A stretch of DNA of 64,000 bases from Bacteroidales bacterium OttesenSCG-928-B11 (lineage in GTDB: Bacteria; Bacteroidota; Bacteroidia; Bacteroidales; WCHB1-69): contig JAJDJJ010000001.1 of NCBI GenBank assembly GCA_030267125.1, positions 78,027 through 142,026 on the forward strand, given 5' to 3'. Under the pieces are notes generated by a model. It saw only the letters and a program-made list of their open reading frames with translations. It was not told where the DNA came from and made no database searches. Positions 18,486 through 26,653 of this stretch are shown here, in pieces. A program made the position numbers and the translations under genes. The stretch's first letter is position 1; the number at the start of each line of letters is the position of its first letter.

Positions 18486-19718
18486 ATGAAGATAGTACTT
18501 GTGACGAGAGGGTCGCACGGCGACGTGTATCCCTATTTCAATATTGCCAAAGAGTTGGAGAAAAGAGGTCACGAAGTGATACTGAGCATTCCTAAATTAT
18601 TTGAGCATGATGTGAAACAGTATCAATTAAATCATGTATTGCAAGATTTTGAAGATATAACAGGGATGACCGCTAAGGCGGATACAAAAAAATCCGGTGT
18701 GAAAGTGCTGCTGGATTGGGTGCGAGACTCCATTGATAAACAATTTGAACAATTGCTTCCTATTGTGGAAAAATCGGACTTGCTCATTGCCGCAAACACA
18801 GAATTCGCGGCGTCAAGCATTGCCGAGTATTGTCAAAAGCCGCTTATCAGAACAGCGTATGCACCGTTCCTCCCAGGCAAAAGCATTTCGCCTCCCATAT
18901 TTCCATTCCCCAAAGCGCCTCGCATTATGATCCCTTTTTTGTGGAAAATATTGAACTATCCAACCGATCTGATGATGGCTAAATCCATTAACCGGAATCG
19001 AAAATCATTAGGAATGAAGCCGATGAAAAACTTAACCACCCATTTGCCTGCCAATGCGCATAATGTGCTGCTATATAGTCCGTCGTTGGGTTCTACCGAT
19101 CCGTATTGGGAGTGGAAATGGAAAATCAATGGCTACTGTTTCAATGACAATTTTCATTACGAAAAAGAAGCGTATGATAATTTGATGAGTTTTGTGGATC
19201 AAGATGATCGGCCGGTGATTTTCTTCACGTTAGGAAGCTGTAATTCAAAGAAAAAAGGTCGTTTTGTCTCTTGTCTTTCGCAAATAATAAAAGATAAAAA
19301 TTATAAATTGATCATAGGGTCGGGTTGGTCAAAGGATGATGCCGATTGGGAGTGCGAAGATCATGTTTTTAGATTAGACAAGGCGATTCCACATTATTTG
19401 CTATTGCCGAAATGTACGGGGGTGATTCATCATGGCGGGTCGGGGACCACGCATAACGTGGCGCGCTATGGCATCCCCCAGATGATTCTTCCATTGTTTA
19501 TAGATCAGCATTATTGGGGCTATCAGGTGGAAAAATTGGGCCTTGGCCCCGGTTACGCAAACATCGGAAAAATATCGAAAGAAGAACTGGAGAAAAAGGT
19601 GGACGATTTGGTGCACAACCCACTGTACAAAAAAAATGCAAGCGCTATTCATGCTCAAATCCAGCAGGAAAACGCGACAGATAAATTCTGTGATTTTATT
19701 TCAAATTATTTAGGATGA
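18486..19718 (+). CDS. GT1-family (MGT/UDP-glycosyltransferase-like) glycosyltransferase
   Basis: N-terminal TRGSHGDVYPY acceptor-domain motif. C-terminal nucleotide-sugar signature HHGGSGTTHNVARYGIPQMILPLFIDQ. Confidence 0.8.
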   Translation: MKIVLVTRGSHGDVYPYFNIAKELEKRGHEVILSIPKLFEHDVKQYQLNHVLQDFEDITGMTAKADTKKSGVKVLLDWVRDSIDKQFEQLLPIVEKSDLLIAANTEFAASSIAEYCQKPLIRTAYAPFLPGKSISPPIFPFPKAPRIMIPFLWKILNYPTDLMMAKSINRNRKSLGMKPMKNLTTHLPANAHNVLLYSPSLGSTDPYWEWKWKINGYCFNDNFHYEKEAYDNLMSFVDQDDRPVIFFTLGSCNSKKKGRFVSCLSQIIKDKNYKLIIGSGWSKDDADWECEDHVFRLDKAIPHYLLLPKCTGVIHHGGSGTTHNVARYGIPQMILPLFIDQHYWGYQVEKLGLGPGYANIGKISKEELEKKVDDLVHNPLYKKNASAIHAQIQQENATDKFCDFISNYLG

Positions 19719-20587
19719 AAATACTGGAAAAATCGCCCAAAATAACCGCCGATCTGCTTTATAAAGCGGAAGCTTCGACGGGAGAAGGAGCAATTTGGCA
19801 CCCCGGCAGGAATACGCTGTTTTGGGTTGATATAGAGGGAAAAACGTTGTATGAATATTTCCCGAAACGCAGGGAGTGTTATCGCCGGCAATTCGACAAG
19901 ATGGTGACGACCGTTGTTCCTGAAACGGAAAACAGCGTCATTGTGGCTTTGCAAAACGAGATCATTCGGCTGAACCTTGAAACGGGCGATACCGATTCGC
20001 TTGCTTTCATTGACGATAAGAATGGAACGTTGCGCTGCAATGACGGCAAATGTGATCCCCAAGGTCGTCTTTGGATCGGCACAATGGTGCTGGATGCTCC
20101 GCCGGGAACAGCGGCGTTATACACATTATTGCCGGATGGAAAATTGAAGCAACAGCGGGATGGCATCACCATTTCCAATGGTTTAGGATGGAGCAAAGAT
20201 CAACGCTACTTCTTTTACATAGATACTCCGACCCAAAAAATGGAACGTTACCTGTACAATCCTGAAACCGCCGACATTATTGAAGATGGAGTTGTGGTCG
20301 AGATTCCCAAGTGTATGGGCAGTCCCGATGGCATGACCATTGATGCCGCCGGGAATTTGTGGGTTGCCTTGTGGAACGGATTTGGCGTTCACTGCTACCA
20401 TCCCGCTACAGGCGAATTACTTATGCGAGTAGAATTGCCGGTTCCTAATGTCACTTCCTGTGCTTTTGGAGGCGAAGAGCTGGATACATTATATATAACG
20501 ACAGCCCGGAGTGGTTTGTCAACCGAAGAGTTAGACAAATATCCTTTGAGCGGAAGTTTGTTTGTGTGTAAACCGTTTGAGGTTTGA
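19715..20587 (+). CDS. SMP-30/gluconolactonase/LRE-family beta-propeller protein
   Basis: GEGAIWHP...LFWVDI N-terminal block and NGLGWS, PDGMTID, ITTA blocks. Overlaps the GT1 stop by 4 nt. Confidence 0.85.
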   Translation: MKILEKSPKITADLLYKAEASTGEGAIWHPGRNTLFWVDIEGKTLYEYFPKRRECYRRQFDKMVTTVVPETENSVIVALQNEIIRLNLETGDTDSLAFIDDKNGTLRCNDGKCDPQGRLWIGTMVLDAPPGTAALYTLLPDGKLKQQRDGITISNGLGWSKDQRYFFYIDTPTQKMERYLYNPETADIIEDGVVVEIPKCMGSPDGMTIDAAGNLWVALWNGFGVHCYHPATGELLMRVELPVPNVTSCAFGGEELDTLYITTARSGLSTEELDKYPLSGSLFVCKPFEV

Positions 20588-20927
20588 GGCTTCTGCTTTT
20601 TGATCTCAAGTTACTACTGATGTGTCAATATTTCGGTTTCTCTTGTAATTGTCTGATTACAAAATGCATGGAATCGTTTTTTGATTTGAATTGACAGTAA
20701 CTTTGCATCTCAACAAATTGCAAGATTTGAATCTCGAATATACCAAAACGAATGTTTTTATCCAAAGAAAGAGTGTGTTCACTTGCTTTATTTCCGTCTG
20801 ATTTTTCACGACGAAAATCAAGACAGACGATTAAACGCGGGAAACGGCAGAGTGGATGGTGGTCGCAAAGTCTTGCTTCGTAGGAAAGTTTTGCCGAAAA
20901 AGGAGCTTGTCTCTTCGCGGGAAACAT

Positions 20928-20935
20928 TATCTTTG
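20928..20935 (+). promoter_or_regulatory. -7 box upstream of pbpC, followed by a 5' hairpin (20942-20960)
   Basis: TATCTTTG, then CTTTGGCA-aaa-TGCCAAAG. Confidence 0.5.
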
Positions 20936-20991
20936 CCTCGCCTTTGGCAAAATGCCAAAGCATTAGATGGCAGTGTGGAAAACTGATAAAA

Positions 20992-23379
20992 ATGGGATCA
21001 TTGAAAAAATATCCACGTCAATGCCGAATTCGCACCAATAAGCTGTTAATTGTGGGTCTGCAAAAAAATAAAACGATCTTCACCAACCCTCTCTCTTGGA
21101 AAAGAAGCACCCAGGTCATAGTTGTCATTGCGGTAGTTTTGTTGGTGCTCTACGCTTTCTGTTTGCCGAGGCAGCTTTTCAACGTTCCTTATTCCACCGT
21201 GGTGGAGGATAGGGGCGGGGAGTTGTTGGGCGCGCGAATTGCAGAGGATGGACAGTGGCGATTTCCGGTGTGTGACACTGTGCCGGATAAATTTAAGACT
21301 TGTATCATCCACTTTGAAGATCGTTATTTTTACTATCATTGGGGAGTGAATCCACTGGCGATTGGTCGGGCTTTATCACAGAATATCAAAGAGAAAAGAG
21401 TGGTCAGCGGAGGAAGTACGCTTACTATGCAGACCATTCGGTTGGCACGCAATAAGAATCGCACCGTGTGGGAAAAACTGATCGAGGCTGTGTGGGCTAC
21501 GCGGCTGGAGTTCCGCTGTTCCAAGAAAGAGATATTGGCATTGTATGCTTCGCATGCGCCTTTTGGAGGTAATGTGGTGGGATTGGAGGCCGCCGCTTGG
21601 CGCTACTTCGGTCGTTCTGCCGATCAGCTCTCTTGGGCGGAAGCTGCCACGCTGGCTGTGCTCCCCAACGCACCGGCTATGATCCACCTGTCGAAAAACA
21701 GACAACAACTCCTGCGCAAACGCAACCTGTTACTTCATCGTCTCCACGAGCGAGGTGTCATTGATGAGGTTGACTACACGCTGGCGTTAGGGGAGGAATT
21801 ACCCGGCGAGCCGTTGCCCCTTCCGCAAATAGCTCCACATTTGGTGACTTATTTCCACCAACAACACAAAGGGGAGCGTATCACGTCCACTATCGACATA
21901 GGCATGCAGGTGAAAGTGGAACGGTTGCTCGTCCGTTGGAATCGAGACTTTTCCCGTAGTGATATAAACAACATCGCAGCTATGGTGATTGATGTGGATA
22001 ACAATAAAGTGGTTTCTTATTGTGGTAATGTCAATTTTGCGGATGATAAAGCCGCCAATCAAGTTGACATTTTGCGTTCCCCGCGAAGTACGGGAAGCAT
22101 TTGGAAGCCATTGCTTTATTATGCCGCATTACAAGATGGGGAGATATTACCGCACACGTTGCTTGCTGATATACCTGTGAGTCTCAATGGGTTTAATCCG
22201 CAGAATTTTTCGTTGCGTTACGATGGAGCCGTTCCTGCCTCGCAGGTGATCTCCCGTTCGCTCAATATTCCATCGGTGTTGCTGTTGCGGGACTACGGTG
22301 TTGCGAAATTCTACGACTTTCTGAAGCAGGCCGGGTTTACGACTCTTACTAGACCTTCAGCACATTACGGATTGTCACTGATTTTGGGAGGTGCGGAGGC
22401 TATGCCGTGGGAAGTTGCAACCATCTATGCGGAGATGGCGCGTAGCCTGCGAGGACTGGAACCTACGAAATCGCAAATCAATAATCGAGTGAAACCGGAG
22501 GTGGTGGCCAGGGTTTTTAAGCCCGAAGGTGTGTGGCAGGTTTTCGAAGCGATCAAGGAGGTGAACCGGCCGGAAGAGATTGATTGGCGCGACATTCCCT
22601 CGATGCAGACCATTGCCTGGAAAACAGGTACCAGCTATGGATTTCGTGATGCCTGGGCGGTGGGTGTGACACCGAAGTTTGTGGTTGCCGTGTGGGTAGG
22701 CAACGCTTCCGGTGAAGGAAAACCCGGATTGGTGGGTGCCAGAACCGCCGGCCCGGTGATGTTTGACATTTTTAATATGTTGCCAACTTCTCCTTGGTTT
22801 TCAATGCCTGACGGTGATTTTGCCGCCGCGGAAGTCTGCCGGCAATCGGGACATTTGAAAAATCGGTTCTGCGATGAGGTCGACACAGTCTTTATTTGCG
22901 CCAATGGCCTCCGTTCCGAACCTTGTCCGTATCATGTGCCGGTGCACCTCACGATCGATGGACGTAATCGTGTTTACGAACATTGCGCCGGTGAGTTTGG
23001 AGCGGTACAGCGTAGTTGGTTTGTACTGCCACCGGCCTGGGAGTGGTACTATAAGCAACAGCATCCTGGCTACAAGGTTCTTCCGCCTTTTAAAACCGGT
23101 TGTGACGATGGAGCGCAATCGATCATGCAATTTATTTATCCCCAGCATAATGCCCGCATCTCTCTGCCCCGTCAATTAGATGGTTCGCCCGGAAAGGTGA
23201 CTTTCGACTTGGCACACCGCAACAATGCCGCTACCGTTTTTTGGCACATCGATGAAGAGTATGTCACTGCCACCCGCGACTTTCATCAACTAACCGTCGC
23301 GCTTGCCGCCGGCGAGCATTATGTCACTGTGGTGGATGGAGAGGGACGTGTATTGTCGGTACGGATTTTTGTGGAATAA
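20992..23379 (+). CDS. pbpC: penicillin-binding protein 1C (bifunctional transglycosylase/transpeptidase)
   Basis: GT51 motifs EDRYFYYHWGVNP and GGSTLTMQ. Transpeptidase motifs SIWK (SxxK), SLN and KTGTS. C-terminal PbpC-type beta domain. The -7 box at 20928 favours the ATG at 20992. Confidence 0.9.
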   Translation: MGSLKKYPRQCRIRTNKLLIVGLQKNKTIFTNPLSWKRSTQVIVVIAVVLLVLYAFCLPRQLFNVPYSTVVEDRGGELLGARIAEDGQWRFPVCDTVPDKFKTCIIHFEDRYFYYHWGVNPLAIGRALSQNIKEKRVVSGGSTLTMQTIRLARNKNRTVWEKLIEAVWATRLEFRCSKKEILALYASHAPFGGNVVGLEAAAWRYFGRSADQLSWAEAATLAVLPNAPAMIHLSKNRQQLLRKRNLLLHRLHERGVIDEVDYTLALGEELPGEPLPLPQIAPHLVTYFHQQHKGERITSTIDIGMQVKVERLLVRWNRDFSRSDINNIAAMVIDVDNNKVVSYCGNVNFADDKAANQVDILRSPRSTGSIWKPLLYYAALQDGEILPHTLLADIPVSLNGFNPQNFSLRYDGAVPASQVISRSLNIPSVLLLRDYGVAKFYDFLKQAGFTTLTRPSAHYGLSLILGGAEAMPWEVATIYAEMARSLRGLEPTKSQINNRVKPEVVARVFKPEGVWQVFEAIKEVNRPEEIDWRDIPSMQTIAWKTGTSYGFRDAWAVGVTPKFVVAVWVGNASGEGKPGLVGARTAGPVMFDIFNMLPTSPWFSMPDGDFAAAEVCRQSGHLKNRFCDEVDTVFICANGLRSEPCPYHVPVHLTIDGRNRVYEHCAGEFGAVQRSWFVLPPAWEWYYKQQHPGYKVLPPFKTGCDDGAQSIMQFIYPQHNARISLPRQLDGSPGKVTFDLAHRNNAATVFWHIDEEYVTATRDFHQLTVALAAGEHYVTVVDGEGRVLSVRIFVE

Positions 23380-23499
23380 AGAGAGGGCGAACGACAGTTT
23401 CCCGTTTTTGCATATGCCGGAGTTGGGCGCCACCCGTGAGCGACAGTGCAAAATTTGATAGATTTTTTTGAAAGAGTATTTATAACCAAATGAAAATTG

Positions 23500-23507
23500 T
23501 ACTTTTG
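23500..23507 (+). promoter_or_regulatory. -7 box upstream of the DUF1016 gene
   Basis: TACTTTTG, 20 nt before the ATG at 23527. Confidence 0.5.
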
Positions 23508-23526
23508 TAAAAAGTGAAAAACAAAT

Positions 23527-24576
23527 ATGATTTCAAAAAACCAAAAGACAAAAGACACAGCAACTTCCGAATTTTTAGAGTGGATAACAACACTCAAAAG
23601 TAAAATTCGCAGTGCAAGGAATAAATTAGCCTTTTCAATTAATTCACAAGTACTTGAATTGTATTGGGAACTTGGAAAAGATATTGCCGAAAAACAACAA
23701 AATTCTAGTTTTGGCAGTAATTTCATTGAACAAGTTGCCGAAGAATTAAAACACGACTTTCCTGAAATAAAAGGTTTTTCCCGCCGAAATCTGTATGCGA
23801 TTTTACAATGGTACAAATTTTATTCCGAGAAATATCAATTTGTGCCACAAGTCGTGGCACAAATTCCGTGGGGACATAATCGACTGATAATTACAAAAAT
23901 AAAGAATATTGAAGAAGCTGAATTTTATTGTCGTGCAACCATTCAAAACGCTTGGGACAGAGATACTTTAGAAATTCAAATTGACAATAAATATTACCTG
24001 ACTTCGGGAAATTCTACGCACAATTTCAACAATACTTTACCCGCAAAACAATCAGAACTTGCCACGCAAACGCTGAAAGACCCTTACAACTTTGATTTTC
24101 TTGGATTGGAAAGCGATGCCTTAGAAAAAGCAATTGAAGACGAACTGATAAAGAATGTTACCGAATTTTTGCTTGAACTTGGCAAAGGGTTTGCCTTTCT
24201 CGGACGACAATATAAAATTGAAATTGGCGAAAACGACCATTTTCTTGATATGCTTTTCTATCACGTAGAATTGCGTTGTTACATTGTGATAGAATTAAAA
24301 GCAGGAAAATTTCTTCCCGAATATGCGGGCAAACTCAATTATTATTTATCGGCTGTTGATAGTCAGTTGCGAAAGAAAGACGATAATCCAACTATCGGAA
24401 TACTTTTGTGCAAGAAAAAGAATAAAATTGATGTGGAATACTCGTTGCGTGACATTCACAAACCAATGGGCATAAGCGAATATATATTAACGGATTCTAT
24501 TCCCGATGAAATTAAACCTCAATTGCCTTCGGTGGAAGAACTTGAGCGAGAATTAGAAAAACGACAATCAGAATAA
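23527..24576 (+). CDS. DUF1016/YhcG-type PDDEXK nuclease-fold protein
   Basis: 349 aa. C-terminal core D-x(n)-IELK (DMLFYHVELRCYIVIELKAGKF) is typical of PD-(D/E)xK. N-terminal helical domain as in the YhcG family. Confidence 0.8.
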   Translation: MISKNQKTKDTATSEFLEWITTLKSKIRSARNKLAFSINSQVLELYWELGKDIAEKQQNSSFGSNFIEQVAEELKHDFPEIKGFSRRNLYAILQWYKFYSEKYQFVPQVVAQIPWGHNRLIITKIKNIEEAEFYCRATIQNAWDRDTLEIQIDNKYYLTSGNSTHNFNNTLPAKQSELATQTLKDPYNFDFLGLESDALEKAIEDELIKNVTEFLLELGKGFAFLGRQYKIEIGENDHFLDMLFYHVELRCYIVIELKAGKFLPEYAGKLNYYLSAVDSQLRKKDDNPTIGILLCKKKNKIDVEYSLRDIHKPMGISEYILTDSIPDEIKPQLPSVEELERELEKRQSE

Positions 24577-24683
24577 GAAGGTAAAATGGGCGAGCGTACA
24601 ACAAGCAGTTTGCCAAAAGCGGGTCTATCGCTTCGTAGGAAAGTGATTTGCAAATAGATAGTTGATTTCTTTGTAGAAAGTTT

Positions 24684-24691
24684 TATCTTTG
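24684..24691 (+). promoter_or_regulatory. -7 box followed by a hairpin (24696-24729) directly upstream of the truncated nitroreductase remnant
   Basis: TATCTTTG, then CCTTCGCTG-(16 nt)-CAGCGAAGG. Confidence 0.4.
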
Positions 24692-24733
24692 CCCGCCTTC
24701 GCTGCTAAACCGTTAGCCGTCAGCGAAGGATAG

Positions 24734-25072
24734 ATAGGTGCTGATGGTTCGCAATGTGTTTTAATAGTTTGTCGTGATAGAAGAAACGAATTGATACGCT
24801 CCTACGACCAGAAATGCTCTGGCGACTTGGATATTGGTATTGTTTGCGACCATATAATGCTTTGTGCGCGAGAATTAGGAATTGGAAGCGTAATGGTTGG
24901 ATTATTTGACCCTAAAATTATTAGAAGAGAATTTTTTATACCAAACCACATAGAACCCACGGCATTGATAATGTTAGGTAATCCGATAAATGGTTTTTTA
25001 GACGCTGAACGACACCATACAGAACGGAAAAAACTTGAAGAAACGGTTGTGTATGAAATGTACAATGAATAA
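24734..25072 (+). pseudogene. 5'-truncated nitroreductase-family gene remnant
   Basis: The frame is open only from 24734, with no ATG. It encodes just the C-terminal roughly 110 aa (VLIVCRDRR...DIGIVCDHIMLCARELGIGSVMVG...) and lacks the N-terminal FMN-binding region. Confidence 0.6.
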
Positions 25073-25435
25073 TGCCAGCAGCCGGATGTAATGGACGTTT
25101 TTAATGGTTTTTCAGATCAGCTATGCATCAATTAGCAGAGTTTTTGTACGATTATTATTACACTACTTTATAGTGAAGTGTTATCGGATAAATCATGCCA
25201 AGTGGGATTTTGATTTACAAAAATAATATCTCAAAAAAATTAAATCAAATAAATATAAAACAGAAAGAAAAAAACGAGCTGTTTTGTTGAAAATCACGAC
25301 TCGAATCCCGGCCAAAAATAGCAGTGAAAAACCCCTTGAATAAAGAAAAAAATCTCTATTCATCTTCTTGATTATGAGGGAGAAAAATAATTATTCAAAA
25401 ATGTTTTCCGGGTATTTTTTATATGAAATTTGTTG

Positions 25436-25443
25436 TACTTTTG
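25436..25443 (+). promoter_or_regulatory. -7 box upstream of the receiver gene and hyd locus
   Basis: TACTTTTG, about 100 nt before the ATG at 25544. Confidence 0.45.
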
Positions 25444-25543
25444 CATCGCTTGAAAGATTTTTGGAGCGAGGAAACAAGAAGATTTCGGGTGTAAATTAAT
25501 AGGAGCAGGAAGCATTTAATTAGAACAACCAATACAGAGCGTT

Positions 25544-26041
25544 ATGGAAAGCAAAAAAATTTTAATTGTTGATGATGATATTGACGTGATCACCATCATC
25601 GAAACCATTCTATCCCAAAAGGGATACAATGTTATTTCGGCTACAAACAAAGTGGAGGGCATGCGGAAGATTCGCAATGAAAAGCCAGACTTGGCCATTT
25701 TGGATGTGATGATGACGACACATTATGAGGGATTTGAATTAGCCAAAGAGCTTACCGATGATCCCGAGCTGAGAAAGCTGCCCATTTTGATGCAAACTTC
25801 TATAGATATTCTAACCACTACCAAGCCGGATGTGCAATCCATGGCTCGGGAATTTCGCAAGAATCCGGGTTTCAAAGAGTTGCATGTGATTTTGGTCAAA
25901 GATATCAATTCCGGGAAAGCCGGTGTTGACTATTTGAGCGAAAACGGCGAATCGATTTGGTTCCCTGTGGACGGTTTCGTGAGAAAGCCGGTGGATGGTA
26001 AAAAAGTCTTGACAGAAATAGATAGAATATTGGGTGAATAG
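25544..26041 (+). CDS. stand-alone response-regulator receiver protein (no output domain)
   Basis: DDD (10-12), phospho-acceptor D54 (AILDVMM), T85/S86, K148-P149. About 40 extra residues lie between the conserved T/S and the conserved K. Confidence 0.85.
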   Translation: MESKKILIVDDDIDVITIIETILSQKGYNVISATNKVEGMRKIRNEKPDLAILDVMMTTHYEGFELAKELTDDPELRKLPILMQTSIDILTTTKPDVQSMAREFRKNPGFKELHVILVKDINSGKAGVDYLSENGESIWFPVDGFVRKPVDGKKVLTEIDRILGE

Positions 26042-26189
26042 AAGCGAGATTTGACATTTTTTTATTGCAATTTTTTTTATTGAAGATATCTTTCTTCAAT
26101 GCAGGAGCTTTTGCAATATCGGTGCATAAGCCAAATTAAAGAATCAGAGTTATAAACCTAAAATAAATTTAAGTAACCAAAAATTTATT

Positions 26190-26651
26190 ATGAAAAAATC
26201 GATTGATAACATCTTAGAGAAGTACGAAAACAGCGGAAGGGATGCCCTTATCGCGTTACTCCAAGAAATTCAGGACAACGAGGGCTTTCTGTCAGAAGAG
26301 GCTATTGTTAAGACTGGGAAAAAACTAAACATTCCCACGAGTAAGATTTACGGCGTGGCGACATTTTACAATCAATTCCGGTTCGACCCCCAAGGAAGAT
26401 ATCACATTCAGGTATGTCGGGGAACAGCTTGCCATGTGTTAGGCTCGCTCACCGTGTTGCAAGAACTGGAAAAAACCCTTAAAGCTAAGGCCGGACAAAC
26501 TACTCGCGACGGTATGTTCAGTATCGAGGTGGTAGCCTGTATCGGGGCTTGCGGTCTCGCACCCGTGATCAGTGTCAACGGAACCTTCCATGCCAATATG
26601 ACCGCTGAAAGTATTAATGAATTAGTTGAAACCTATAGAAATAAAGAATAA
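26190..26651 (+). CDS. hydC: [FeFe]-hydrogenase NuoE-like [2Fe-2S] subunit
   Basis: 153 aa. Cys pattern VCRGTACHV ... VACIGACGLAPV (C-x4-C...C-x3-C) of the NuoE/HndA family. Confidence 0.9.
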   Translation: MKKSIDNILEKYENSGRDALIALLQEIQDNEGFLSEEAIVKTGKKLNIPTSKIYGVATFYNQFRFDPQGRYHIQVCRGTACHVLGSLTVLQELEKTLKAKAGQTTRDGMFSIEVVACIGACGLAPVISVNGTFHANMTAESINELVETYRNKE

Positions 26652-26653
26652 TT

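Noticed and set aside
20625-20963. 112-aa minus-strand ORF (and the 20783-20986 plus-strand ORF) in the region upstream of pbpC
   Set aside because: They overlap the pbpC promoter and hairpin module, have no start context or family resemblance, and show intergenic-like composition.
23319-23816. 165-aa minus-strand ORF bridging the pbpC 3' end and the DUF1016 5' end
   Set aside because: It is antisense to two supported genes and crosses an intergenic promoter, so it is most likely spurious.
23385-24614. Possible direct repeats flanking the DUF1016 gene (gggcgaacgacagtttccc at 23385 vs gggcgagcgtacaacaagcagtttgcc at 24588)
   Set aside because: The similarity needs a 7-9 nt indel and covers only about 15 matched bases, which is too weak to call target-site or att repeats.
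26079-26100. Hairpin ATTGAAGA-tatctt-TCTTCAAT after the first receiver gene, considered as a terminator separating it from hydC
   Set aside because: No U tract follows on either strand and the stem is AT-rich. I cannot tell whether the receiver gene is co-transcribed with hydCBA.
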